Shown piece after piece: positions 8,313 to 17,225 of a stretch of DNA of 64,000 nucleotides. Made by a program: the position numbers and the translations under genes. How positions within the stretch are numbered: the first letter of the stretch is position 1; the number at the start of each line of letters is the position of its first letter. Origin of the DNA: Solirubrobacteraceae bacterium (GTDB taxonomy: Bacteria > Actinomycetota > Thermoleophilia > Solirubrobacterales > Solirubrobacteraceae); NCBI GenBank assembly GCA_035940955.1, contig DASZEJ010000129.1, positions 16,768-80,767 on the forward strand. Direction: 5' to 3'. The notes under the pieces were generated by a model. That model was not told where the DNA came from and made no database searches. It saw only the letters and a list, made by a program, of their open reading frames with translations.

Positions 8313-10016
8313 GTGCGGCGGATCCTCCTCATCGGCCTCCTGCTCGCCGCCGCCGCGGGGTTCGTCGCGCTGTCGACCGGCGCGAGCGAGGAGAAGGGCA
8401 CCGGCGAGTACAAGGTCGAGCTCGACAACGCGTTCGGCCTGGTCGAGGGCGGGGACTTCAAGGTCGCCGGCGTCAGCGCGGGCAGGATCACGACGCTGGA
8501 GGTCGACAAGCGGACCAAGCGCGCGCTGGTCGGCTTCGAGGTGACCGAGGACGGCTTCGGCTCGCTGCGCACGGACGCGAGCTGCGAGGTCATGCCGCAG
8601 TCGCTCGTCGGCGAGTACTTCGTCAACTGCGAGCCGGGCAAGGCTCGCGAGAAGCTCCAGCCGGGCGACACGATCCCGGTCGAGCGCACCGCCTCGACGG
8701 TGCCGCCCGACCTCGTCGCGAACATCATGCGCCGCCCGCGCCGCGAGCGCCTGCGGCTGATCGTCAACGAGCTGGGCGCCGCCGTCGCCGGCAACGCCGA
8801 CAACCTCAACGCGGCGCTGCGCCGCGCGAGCCCGGCGCTGCGCGAGACCAACCGCGTGCTGCGCATCCTCGCCGAGCAGAACCAGGTGCTGGCCGACCTC
8901 GCCCGCAACGCCGACGAGGTCGTGGGCGAGCTGTCGGACAACCGGCGCGAGATCAGCCGCTGGGTGGTCGAGGCGCGCGACACGGCGCGCGCGTCGGCCG
9001 AGCGCGACGAGGACATCCGCCGCGGCTTCCAGCGCCTGCCGACGTTCCTCGCCGAGCTGGAGCCGACGATGCGCGAGCTGGGGCTGACCGTCGAGCGCCA
9101 GGGCCCGGCGCTGCAGAACCTCGCCGCCAGCGCCGACCAGCTCGAGCGGCTGCTGGAGAACATCCCGCCGTTCGCCGAGGCGACGCGGCCGGCGCTGCGC
9201 TCGCTCGGCGAGGCGTCGGTCACCGGGCGCCAGGCCGTCGCGCCGGGCCGCGAGACCGTGCGCCAGCTGAGCCGCTACGCCGAGGGCGTGCCGGAGCTGG
9301 GCCGCAACCTGGCGATCATCCTCGAGCACCTCGACGACCGCGACAACGCGATCGAGGACGACGCGCGCAGCCCGGGCGGCCAGGGCTACACCGGCCTGGA
9401 GGCGCTGCTGCAGTACACGTTCGACCAGACGCTCGCCGTCAACCTGCACGACGGCAACGTCCACATCCTGCAGGTCTTCCCGTTCGAGGGCGCGTGCGCG
9501 CCGTACTCGGACCTGTCGGCGGTGCCCGAGCTGGGCGAGCAGTGCGGCCGCTTCCTCGGCCCGAACCCGCTCGGCATCAAGAGCGCCGATCCGACCGCCC
9601 CGGCCAACTGGGACCGCAACGACCGCGGACCCGAGGGCGAGGACCCGAACAACCGCCGACGCACCGCGCCCGCCGACCGCGACCTCGCGCGCGACCGCGG
9701 CGACGATCGCGGCCGGTCCGGCGGCTCCGGGGGCGGCGGCTCGGGCGGCTCGGCCGGCGGCGGCGGCACCGGCGGCGGCTCGGGCGGCGGCGGCGACGAC
9801 GGCGGTGGCGGCGGCGCGCGCCCGCCGGTGAGGCTGCCCGACCTCGACGACATCCTGCCCGGCGGAGGCGGTGGCGGTGGCGGCGGCGGCGCGCCGCAGG
9901 TGCCGCAGACCCCGCAGCCCCCGGCCGTCCGCGACCTGCCGAACCTCGGCACGGCCGCGGCGCGCGACGGCGGCGACAGCGACCGGCAGCTCATGGAGTT
10001 CCTCTTCGGCTCATGA
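8313..10016 (+). CDS. Mce/MlaD-family protein (2 of 6) with a Gly/Pro-rich C-terminal tail
   Basis: GTG at 8313, 2 nt after the previous stop. TM 'RRILLIGLLLAAAAGFVAL' and MlaD segment 'VELDNAFGLVEGGDFKVAGVSAGRITTLEV' are present. Confidence 0.85.
   Translation: MRRILLIGLLLAAAAGFVALSTGASEEKGTGEYKVELDNAFGLVEGGDFKVAGVSAGRITTLEVDKRTKRALVGFEVTEDGFGSLRTDASCEVMPQSLVGEYFVNCEPGKAREKLQPGDTIPVERTASTVPPDLVANIMRRPRRERLRLIVNELGAAVAGNADNLNAALRRASPALRETNRVLRILAEQNQVLADLARNADEVVGELSDNRREISRWVVEARDTARASAERDEDIRRGFQRLPTFLAELEPTMRELGLTVERQGPALQNLAASADQLERLLENIPPFAEATRPALRSLGEASVTGRQAVAPGRETVRQLSRYAEGVPELGRNLAIILEHLDDRDNAIEDDARSPGGQGYTGLEALLQYTFDQTLAVNLHDGNVHILQVFPFEGACAPYSDLSAVPELGEQCGRFLGPNPLGIKSADPTAPANWDRNDRGPEGEDPNNRRRTAPADRDLARDRGDDRGRSGGSGGGGSGGSAGGGGTGGGSGGGGDDGGGGGARPPVRLPDLDDILPGGGGGGGGGGAPQVPQTPQPPAVRDLPNLGTAAARDGGDSDRQLMEFLFGS
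9715..9890 (+). repeat. GGC-rich low-complexity coding tract (poly-Gly runs) in the tail of Mce protein 2
   Basis: Runs of ggc/ggcggc encode 'GGSGGGGSGGSAGGGGTGGGSGGGGDDGGGGG' and 'GGGGGGGGGG'. Confidence 0.8.
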
Positions 10017-11617
10017 GGCGGGGCAGCGCATCCATCGTCGCCAACCCCGTCCTCGTCGGGGCCGTCACCACGCTCGTCGTCGTGGTCGCCGTCTTCCTCG
10101 CCTACAACGCGAACAACGGCCTGCCGTTCGTGCCGTCGCGGACGCTCTACGTCGAGCTGCCCGACGGCGCCGAGGTCAACAAGGGCGTCGAGGTGCGCGA
10201 GGGCGGCTTCCGCATCGGCGTGGTCGAGGAGCTGAAGCCCGGGCGGCTGCGCGACGGCAACGTCGGCGCGATCCTGCGGCTCAAGCTCGACGAGTCGGCG
10301 GGCCCGTTCCCGAAGGACTCGCGCGTCGTGGTGCGCCCGCGCGCGCCGCTGGCGCTGAAGATCCTCGAGTTCGAGCGCGGGCGCAGCAGGCAGTCGCTCC
10401 AGGACGGGGCTCACATCCCCTCCGGGCAGACGAGGATCGCGACCGACCTCGACGAGCTGTACTCGCTGTACGACCGCCCGACGCGCGTCGGCACGGAGCG
10501 CAGCCTGACCGGCTTCGGCACCGCGTTCGCCGGCCGCGGCCAGGACCTCAACGAGACGATCCAGGCGCTGCCGCGCTTCCTGGCCTACCTGCAGCCGGTC
10601 ATGCGCAACCTGTCGGCCGAGGAGACGCGCCTGCCGCGCTTCTTCCGGGAGCTCAACGACTTCACGCGCGCGGTCGCGCCGGTGGCCGACCGGTGGGCGC
10701 ACTCGTTCACCGTCCAGGCCGACACGTTCGACGCGATCTCCCGCGACCCCGAGGCGCTCAAGGCGACGATCTCCAAGAGCCCGCCGACGATGGACGCGTC
10801 GATCCGCTCGTTCCGCGTCCAGCGCCCGTTCCTGCGCGACACCGCCGCCATGTCGGCCGACCTCGACGTCGCCGCCCGCGAGCTGCGCGCCGCGCTGCCC
10901 GACCTCAACCGCGCGCTGGAGGTCGGCACGCCGGTGACCCGCCGCTCGGTCGAGCTGAACGACGAGCTGCAGAAGACGATGGGCGCGCTGCGCGACCTCA
11001 CGACCGACCCGACGACGAACGGCGCGCTCCGCGGCCTGACGGCGACGGTCACGACGCTCCAGCCGCAGCTGCGCTACCTCGGCCCGTTCGTGACCGGCTG
11101 CAACTACTGGAACATCTTCTGGACCACGGTTGCCGAGCACTTCTCGGTCCTCACCCCGACCGGCCAGGCGCAGCGCGTGCTGCTCAACAGCGGCGACGAC
11201 CAGAACGACGCCGTCGACGCGTTCGGCGCCAACGAGCCCGCCAACGGCAAGGGCCTGATGGACCCGGAGGGCGTCCGCCAGTACGCGCACACGAACACCG
11301 CGGGCGCGAACGCGATCCAGCCCGACGGCAGCGTCGACTGCACCCCGGGCCAGCAGGGCTACCCGTACAGCGCCAACAAGGAGAACGGGCCCTTCTACAA
11401 GCGGACGGTCATCGACCAGCTCATCAACCTCTTCCCGGGCGAGGCCCCGGTGAAGGGCGCGACGTTCGACCGCTTCGACGCCGAGGGCCGCGGCATCGGC
11501 CAGGGCCCGCCGCGGCTGCCGGAGGGGCAGACGTTCTCGTTCGCGCCAGAGGGGCGCGCCGCCCAGACGCCGCACGACCTCGAGTCGCTGCGCCGGCACG
11601 GAGGGGGCGGCCGGTGA
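10013..11617 (+). CDS. Mce/MlaD-family protein (3 of 6)
   Basis: ATGA overlap with the upstream stop. TM 'ANPVLVGAVTTLVVVVAVFLAY' and MlaD segment 'YVELPDGAEVNKGVEVREGGFRIGVVEEL' are present. Confidence 0.85.
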   Translation: MRRGSASIVANPVLVGAVTTLVVVVAVFLAYNANNGLPFVPSRTLYVELPDGAEVNKGVEVREGGFRIGVVEELKPGRLRDGNVGAILRLKLDESAGPFPKDSRVVVRPRAPLALKILEFERGRSRQSLQDGAHIPSGQTRIATDLDELYSLYDRPTRVGTERSLTGFGTAFAGRGQDLNETIQALPRFLAYLQPVMRNLSAEETRLPRFFRELNDFTRAVAPVADRWAHSFTVQADTFDAISRDPEALKATISKSPPTMDASIRSFRVQRPFLRDTAAMSADLDVAARELRAALPDLNRALEVGTPVTRRSVELNDELQKTMGALRDLTTDPTTNGALRGLTATVTTLQPQLRYLGPFVTGCNYWNIFWTTVAEHFSVLTPTGQAQRVLLNSGDDQNDAVDAFGANEPANGKGLMDPEGVRQYAHTNTAGANAIQPDGSVDCTPGQQGYPYSANKENGPFYKRTVIDQLINLFPGEAPVKGATFDRFDAEGRGIGQGPPRLPEGQTFSFAPEGRAAQTPHDLESLRRHGGGGR

Positions 11618-13167
11618 GGCGCAACGTCAAGCGCGGGCTGAGCTACGAGGCGGTGGCGATCATCGCGATCGCCGTCACCGTCGTCGCGACGTACCTGGCG
11701 TTCACCAAGCAGCTGCCGTTCAAGGGCAGGTACGACGTGAACTTCGTCGTCACGAACGCCCAGAACCTCAAGCCCGGCGCGAAGGTGCGCATCGCCGGCG
11801 TCGACGCCGGCAAGGTCACGCGCGTCGAGGGCGTGGAGCCCGGCGAGGGGGAGACGGGCGCCGCGCGGGTGACGATGGAGATCGTCGACGCGGCGCGCCC
11901 GATCCACAAGGACGCGACGCTGAAGATCCGGCCGCGCATCTTCTTCGAGGGCAACTTCTTCGTCGACCTGCAGCCGGGATCGCCGCACGCGCCGGAGCTG
12001 GGCGACGGGGAGACGATCCCGATCAACCAGACCGCCAACGCCGTCCAGTTCGACCAGATCCTCTCCTCGCTGCAGAGCGACACCCGCAGCGACCTGCGCA
12101 ACGTCCTCGACGAGCTGAACAAGGCCTACGGCGGCGGCGGCGCCGAGGCGATCAACCGCACGACGCGCCACTGGGCGCCGGCCTACCGCAGCACCGCGAT
12201 CGTCAACGACGCGCTGCTCGGGCGCTTCGAGCACGACCTCTCCGGCTACGTCGACGGGGCCGGCACGGTCGCCGACGCGCTGACGCGCAACCGGCGCCAG
12301 CTCCAGGACCTGATCCGCGACCTGCGCATCACCGCCGGCGCGTTCGCCGCCGAGGGCGACGAGCTGCAGCGCGCGATCGGCGAGCTGCCGCGCACGCTGC
12401 GCGCCGGCCAGACCGCGCTCGCCGCGCTCAACGCCGCGTTCCCGCCGCTGCGCCGCTTCGTCGCCGACCTGCGGCCCGGCGTGCGGTCGAGCCTGCCGGC
12501 GATCGAGGCGCAGATCCCGTTCGTGCGCCAGCTGCGCGGCCTCGTCCAGCAGTCCGAGCTGCGCGGCCTCGCCGCCGACCTGCGGGCCGCGGTGCCCGCG
12601 CTGACGCGGCTCAACAAGGCGACGATCCCGCTGCTCGAGCAGGTGCGGCCGGCGTCGAGCTGCCAGAACGAGGTCATCCTGCCGTGGACCCTCGACAAGA
12701 TCGAGGACCCCGACTTCCCGGCGATCGGCCCGGTCTACCAGGAGCAGCCCAAGCCGCTGGTCGGCCTGTCCGGCGAGAGCCGCACGCACGACGCCAACGG
12801 CCAGTACTTCCGCGTGTCGCTCAACGCCGCGCAGTTCGCGACCGCCACGCTCGACGACCGCTTCCTGCTCACCGACCGCCCGCCGGTCGGCGCCAACCCG
12901 CCGCAGCCCAAGAGCCGCCCGCCGCTGCGGCCGGACGTGCCGTGCGAGACGCAGGAGCAGCCGGACCTGCACACCCGCCAGGACCGCATCGAGGGCACGT
13001 TCAGGGTGCGCGGCGCGCCCGCCGACCTGGAGCGCAAGTCGCGCGAGATCGCGGCGACGTGGCTGAAGGGCGAGCTGATGAGGACCGGCCGCTACGGCAA
13101 GGTCAAGGTCGACGACACGCCGATCGCCCCGTCCGAGGTCCCGCTGATCGGGAAGGGCGCGCGATGA
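11614..13167 (+). CDS. Mce/MlaD-family protein (4 of 6)
   Basis: GTGA overlap. TM 'AVAIIAIAVTVVATYLAF' and MlaD segment 'NFVVTNAQNLKPGAKVRIAGVDAGKVTRVEG' are present. Confidence 0.85.
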   Translation: MRRNVKRGLSYEAVAIIAIAVTVVATYLAFTKQLPFKGRYDVNFVVTNAQNLKPGAKVRIAGVDAGKVTRVEGVEPGEGETGAARVTMEIVDAARPIHKDATLKIRPRIFFEGNFFVDLQPGSPHAPELGDGETIPINQTANAVQFDQILSSLQSDTRSDLRNVLDELNKAYGGGGAEAINRTTRHWAPAYRSTAIVNDALLGRFEHDLSGYVDGAGTVADALTRNRRQLQDLIRDLRITAGAFAAEGDELQRAIGELPRTLRAGQTALAALNAAFPPLRRFVADLRPGVRSSLPAIEAQIPFVRQLRGLVQQSELRGLAADLRAAVPALTRLNKATIPLLEQVRPASSCQNEVILPWTLDKIEDPDFPAIGPVYQEQPKPLVGLSGESRTHDANGQYFRVSLNAAQFATATLDDRFLLTDRPPVGANPPQPKSRPPLRPDVPCETQEQPDLHTRQDRIEGTFRVRGAPADLERKSREIAATWLKGELMRTGRYGKVKVDDTPIAPSEVPLIGKGAR

Positions 13168-14579
13168 GGAAGGCGATCCGCGACCACGCCCGCGACTTCG
13201 CCGCGATCATCGTGCTGGCGGTCATCGCGGTCGGCGTCGGCGGCTACATCCTGACCCAGCAGCGGATGCGCTTCCCGATCGTCGACGAGAAGCCGATCCG
13301 GCTGAAGGCCGAGTTCTCCACCGCGCAGGCCGTCATCCCCGGCCAGGGCCAGACCGTGCGCGTGTCGGGCGTCAAGGTCGGCGACGTGGGCAAGGTCGAG
13401 CTGAAGGACGGCCGCGCGCTCGTCGAGCTGCAGGTGCTGCCCGAGTACCGGGACCTCATCCGCCAGGACGCGACGGTGCTGCTGCGCTCGAAGACGGCGC
13501 TGAAGGACATGTTCATCGAGGTCCAGCCGGGCGACGGACCGGTGGCGAAGGACGGGTTCACGATCCCCGTCGCCAACACCGCGCCGGACGTCAACCCGGA
13601 CGAGCTGTGGGCGATGCTCGACGACGACACGCGCGACTACCTGCGCCTGCTGATCGACGGCGCGTCAGGCGGCCTGGAGGGCCGCGGCGACGACCTGCGC
13701 GAGGTCTTCGAGCGCTTCGAGCCGACGCACCGCGACCTGGCCCGGATCAACACGAAGGTCGCCGAGCGGCGCGAGAACCTGCGCCGGCTGATCACCAACC
13801 TCAACCGCCTGAACGGCGAGCTGGCCCGCAAGGACGACGACCTGGCCCAGCTCGTCGACACCGCGTCGCGCGTCTTCCGCGCGTTCGCCGCCGAGGAGGG
13901 CAACATCACCACCGCCGTCGACCGGCTGCCCGAGGCGCTCGAGCAGACGACCGACACGCTGGTCAAGGTCGAGCGGTTCGCCAACATCCTGCGCCCCGCG
14001 ACCGAGCGGCTCGGGCCGGCGGTGCGCGGGCTGGACGAGGCCAACCGCTCGCTGATCCCGCTGGCCAACGAGGGCACCCCGATCCTCCGCGACCGCGTCC
14101 GCCCGTTCGTCCGCGAGGCGCAGCCGCTCGTCGAGGAGCTGGGGCCCGCGGCGGGGCGGCTCGCCAGGTCGACCCCCGACCTGACGCGCAGCTTCGTGGT
14201 CCTCAACCACCTGTTCAACATGGTCGGCTACAACAAGGACGGGCGCGAGGGCGCCGACGACCCGGACCGCGACGAGGGCTACCTGTTCTGGATCGCGTGG
14301 CTCGGCCACGTCGGCGGCGCGGTGTTCTCGACGTCGGACAACGGCGGCACGCTGCGCCCGGTCGCGCTGCAGGCCAACTGCCAGACGATCAAGAGCTCCC
14401 TGCAGGAGCAGCCGCAGCTCGGCTTCCTGCAGGCGCTGACCGACGCGCTGTTCGACCCGCGGATCTGCCCGGAGGGCGTCGACCCGTCGCTCCTGGACCA
14501 GCTGCAGGACCAGGTGCTCGGGAACCTGCCGGACCTGCCGCTGCCGCGCGAGCGCCGCCGCCGGGGAGGGGGGCGCTAG
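13164..14579 (+). CDS. Mce/MlaD-family protein (5 of 6)
   Basis: ATGA overlap. TM 'FAAIIVLAVIAVGVGGYIL' and MlaD segment 'KAEFSTAQAVIPGQGQTVRVSGVKVGDVGKVEL' are present. Confidence 0.85.
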   Translation: MRKAIRDHARDFAAIIVLAVIAVGVGGYILTQQRMRFPIVDEKPIRLKAEFSTAQAVIPGQGQTVRVSGVKVGDVGKVELKDGRALVELQVLPEYRDLIRQDATVLLRSKTALKDMFIEVQPGDGPVAKDGFTIPVANTAPDVNPDELWAMLDDDTRDYLRLLIDGASGGLEGRGDDLREVFERFEPTHRDLARINTKVAERRENLRRLITNLNRLNGELARKDDDLAQLVDTASRVFRAFAAEEGNITTAVDRLPEALEQTTDTLVKVERFANILRPATERLGPAVRGLDEANRSLIPLANEGTPILRDRVRPFVREAQPLVEELGPAAGRLARSTPDLTRSFVVLNHLFNMVGYNKDGREGADDPDRDEGYLFWIAWLGHVGGAVFSTSDNGGTLRPVALQANCQTIKSSLQEQPQLGFLQALTDALFDPRICPEGVDPSLLDQLQDQVLGNLPDLPLPRERRRRGGGR

Positions 14580-16036
14580 TGCAGAAGCAGGCCCCGACCA
14601 TCGGCCGGCTGCTGACGATGGTGCTCTTCGCGCTCTCCTGCTTCGGGCTGCTGCTGTTCCTCTGGCTGGCGTTCGGCGGCCCCGTGCCGCTCAAGCCCAA
14701 GGGCTACCGCTTCACGGTCGCCGTCCCGGAGGCCAACCAGCTCGCGATCGAGGCCGACGTGCGCAGCTCCGGCGTGCCGGTCGGCAAGGTCAAGGCGCTC
14801 GAGCAGGCGCCGCGCGGCAACAAGACGCTGGTGACCGTCGAGCTGGACCGCAGGTACGCGCCGCTCGACGCCGACGCGCGCGTCATCCAGCGCCAGAAGA
14901 CGATCCTCGGCGAGAAGTACCTGGAGATCACGCGCGGCACGCCGGGCGGCCCGTCGATCGCCGAGGACGGGCGCCTGCCGGACGCCCGCGTGGAGGACAC
15001 CGTCGAGCTGGACGAGGTGCTGAGCATCCTCGACACGCCGACCCAGCGCTTCTTCCGCCAGTGGCAGCAGGACACCGGCAGGGCCGTCCACGACCGCGGC
15101 ACGGACCTCAACGACGCGTTCGGCAACCTGCCGCGCTTCGTCGCCGGCGGCCAGGACGTGCTGCAGGTGCTGAACGCGCACGAGCGCGCCGTCAGCCGGC
15201 TCGTCCGCAACACCGGCGTCGTGTTCGGCGCGCTGACCGAGCGCGAGGACCAGCTCCGCGCGCTGATGGTCAACACCGACGAGGCGTTCTCGGCGACCGC
15301 CGAGCAGAAGGAGGCGCTCGCCGAGACGTTCCGCATCTTCCCGACGTTCCTCGACGAGTCGCGCCTGACGATGGTCGACCTCGAGTCGTTCTCCCGCCAG
15401 ACCCGCCCCCTGGTGCGCGACCTGCGCCCGGCGCTGCGTGACCTGGCGCCGACGCTGCGCGACGTCCGCGCGCTCGCGCCCGACCTGACGAACTTCTACC
15501 GCGACCTCGACCCGCTCATCACGGTCTCGCGCCGCGGCCTGCCCGCGCTGCGCGAGGTGCTCGTCGGCGCGCGCCCGCTGCTCGGCCAGCTGCAGCCGTT
15601 CCTCGAGCAGCTCAACCCGATCCTCGAGTGGCTCGAGTACCAGCAGCACTCGACGGCCGACTTCTTCTCGAACGGCGGCGGCGCGCTGATCGACACGGCG
15701 CCGGCGCTGAAGGGGCTCGACCCGCGCGAGATCGGCCACTACCTCGGCCAGTTCGGCGTGACCGGCGAGGAGACGTTCACGTCGCTGCAGCCCGAGCGGC
15801 CGGAGAACCAGCGCGGCAACGCGTACCCGGACGCGACGATGCTGTTCGACCCCGAGGCCGGCAAGCGGCTGATCTTCGCCAGCTGGGACTGCTCGAACAC
15901 CGGCCAGCCCGGCATCGGCGAGTACATGACGGAGAAGGGCGACACGTCCGACATGCCGTCGTGCTGGGAGAAGCGGCTGCCCGGCCCGACGCGCTTCCCG
16001 CACATCCAGGCGGCCGACTACTCCAAGGGGGGCTGA
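14579..16036 (+). CDS. Mce/MlaD-family protein (6 of 6)
   Basis: GTG at 14579 overlaps the previous TAG by 1 nt. TM 'LLTMVLFALSCFGLLLFLWLAF' and MlaD segment 'FTVAVPEANQLAIEADVRSSGVPVGKVKALE' are present. Confidence 0.85.
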   Translation: MQKQAPTIGRLLTMVLFALSCFGLLLFLWLAFGGPVPLKPKGYRFTVAVPEANQLAIEADVRSSGVPVGKVKALEQAPRGNKTLVTVELDRRYAPLDADARVIQRQKTILGEKYLEITRGTPGGPSIAEDGRLPDARVEDTVELDEVLSILDTPTQRFFRQWQQDTGRAVHDRGTDLNDAFGNLPRFVAGGQDVLQVLNAHERAVSRLVRNTGVVFGALTEREDQLRALMVNTDEAFSATAEQKEALAETFRIFPTFLDESRLTMVDLESFSRQTRPLVRDLRPALRDLAPTLRDVRALAPDLTNFYRDLDPLITVSRRGLPALREVLVGARPLLGQLQPFLEQLNPILEWLEYQQHSTADFFSNGGGALIDTAPALKGLDPREIGHYLGQFGVTGEETFTSLQPERPENQRGNAYPDATMLFDPEAGKRLIFASWDCSNTGQPGIGEYMTEKGDTSDMPSCWEKRLPGPTRFPHIQAADYSKGG

Positions 16037-16422
16037 TGAGCTCAGTGACGCTGCTTCGGGAGCGCACCCACGCGCTCGAGTTCGTGCTGGTGGTCGTGGT
16101 GCCGATCGTCTTCGGCGCGATCACCGGCGTCATGCTCGGCGTGAGCGAGGCGGCCTACACCGCGCTCGCGCTGCTCGGCATCCTCGGCGGCTTCGTCGCC
16201 GGCCTCGAGCACGAGGGCGCGCTCGAGGGCTTCTACCGCGGGCTGCTCGGCGGGCTGGAGTTCGGGCTGGCGATCCTCGTCGCGAACGGGCTGCTGGACG
16301 AGGAGCCGAAGGCGCACCTGCCCGACCCGGAGGTGCTGCTCGTCGTGATCACGGCGGCGTTCGGCGCCGCGCTGGGCGCGCTCGGCGGCTGGCTGCGCCT
16401 GCGCCGGACGCGCCGCGCGTAG
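16036..16422 (+). CDS. small Gly-rich integral membrane protein coupled to the mce cluster
   Basis: The ATG overlaps the Mce-6 stop by 1 nt (TGATG). The 128-aa product has several hydrophobic segments ('FVLVVVVPIVFGAITGVMLGV', 'LVVITAAFGAALGALGGWL'). Confidence 0.65.
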   Translation: MSSVTLLRERTHALEFVLVVVVPIVFGAITGVMLGVSEAAYTALALLGILGGFVAGLEHEGALEGFYRGLLGGLEFGLAILVANGLLDEEPKAHLPDPEVLLVVITAAFGAALGALGGWLRLRRTRRA

Positions 16423-16433
16423 CGGGTCTGGGC

Positions 16434-17123
16434 CTACGCGACCGCGGTCCGCGAGCTGCTGGCCGCGGCGCCGCCGCCGCAGAGGGCGAGCACGCTCTCG
16501 GCGAGCCGCTCGTCGCCCTCGAACGACAGGCCGCCGCGCCCGCCGCTGGGGCTGAACGCCTCGATCCAGGCGGTCTCCGAGCCGGTCACGCGCGCGTCGG
16601 CGTCGCCCGGCTCGCTGCGCTCGGAGATCGTCAGCCGGTCGCGCTCGAGGCGCATCGCGTACGTCGCGTGGTCGCGGCCGGTCACGACCAGCTCGACCGT
16701 GCCCGTCCCGGAGCGCGGCGGGACGGGCATGCCGGTCGCCGAGCGCAGGATCGCGCCGACGTCGATCGCCTCGCCGGGGCGCGGCGGGCTCCAGGCCCAC
16801 TCGTAGCCCCAGCGCGCGAGGGCGCTGACGACCGGCAGGACGTCGCGCGCCCGCTCGGTCAGCTCGTAGTCGACGCGCGGCGGGACCTCGCGGTACCGCT
16901 GGCGGGTCAGCAGCCCGTCGGCGACCATGCGGTTCAGCCGCGAGCGGAGCTGCTCGGTGGAGATCCCTGGAAGGACGCGCTGCAGCTCCACGAAGCGGCG
17001 CGGTCCGCCCGCGAGGTCGCGGATGATCAGCAGCGTCCACTTGTCCCCGACGAGGTCGAGAGCGCGGGCGTCGGGGGACCACTGGTGATAGGGATGCCGT
17101 TTGGGGGGCGGGGCGGCCGGCAT
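16434..17123 (-). CDS. HxlR-family winged-helix transcriptional regulator with a C-terminal extension
   Basis: 'LDLVGDKWTLLIIRDLAGGPRRFVELQRVLPGISTEQLRSRLNRMVADGLLTRQRY' is a typical HxlR domain. The start is the Met at 17123; the track's 17750 start gives a nonsense N-terminus. Confidence 0.8.
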   Translation of the reverse strand: MPAAPPPKRHPYHQWSPDARALDLVGDKWTLLIIRDLAGGPRRFVELQRVLPGISTEQLRSRLNRMVADGLLTRQRYREVPPRVDYELTERARDVLPVVSALARWGYEWAWSPPRPGEAIDVGAILRSATGMPVPPRSGTGTVELVVTGRDHATYAMRLERDRLTISERSEPGDADARVTGSETAWIEAFSPSGGRGGLSFEGDERLAESVLALCGGGAAASSSRTAVA

Positions 17124-17184
17124 ATGGAGCGACCATACACCGGGGCGCGGTGTTGCAGGCACTTTTGATGGACGCCTGGACGAC

Positions 17185-17198
17185 AACTTGCGCAAGTT
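17185..17198. promoter_or_regulatory. perfect 14-bp palindrome AACTTGCGCAAGTT; candidate HxlR operator
   Basis: It lies in the divergent intergenic region between the HxlR gene (start 17123) and the DsbA-like gene (start 17226 or 17319). Confidence 0.45.
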
Positions 17199-17225
17199 CT
17201 GCAGGGACTTGGCGTTCAAGCGGTC

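Noticed and set aside
9715-9890. The repetitive tracts (GGC runs in mce gene 2; 54-nt and 51-nt repeats in acnA) might be a CRISPR-like or other non-coding repeat array.
   Set aside because: All of them lie inside well-supported reading frames and keep the frame. There is no repeat-spacer periodicity and no cas genes. No CRISPR array is present in the window.
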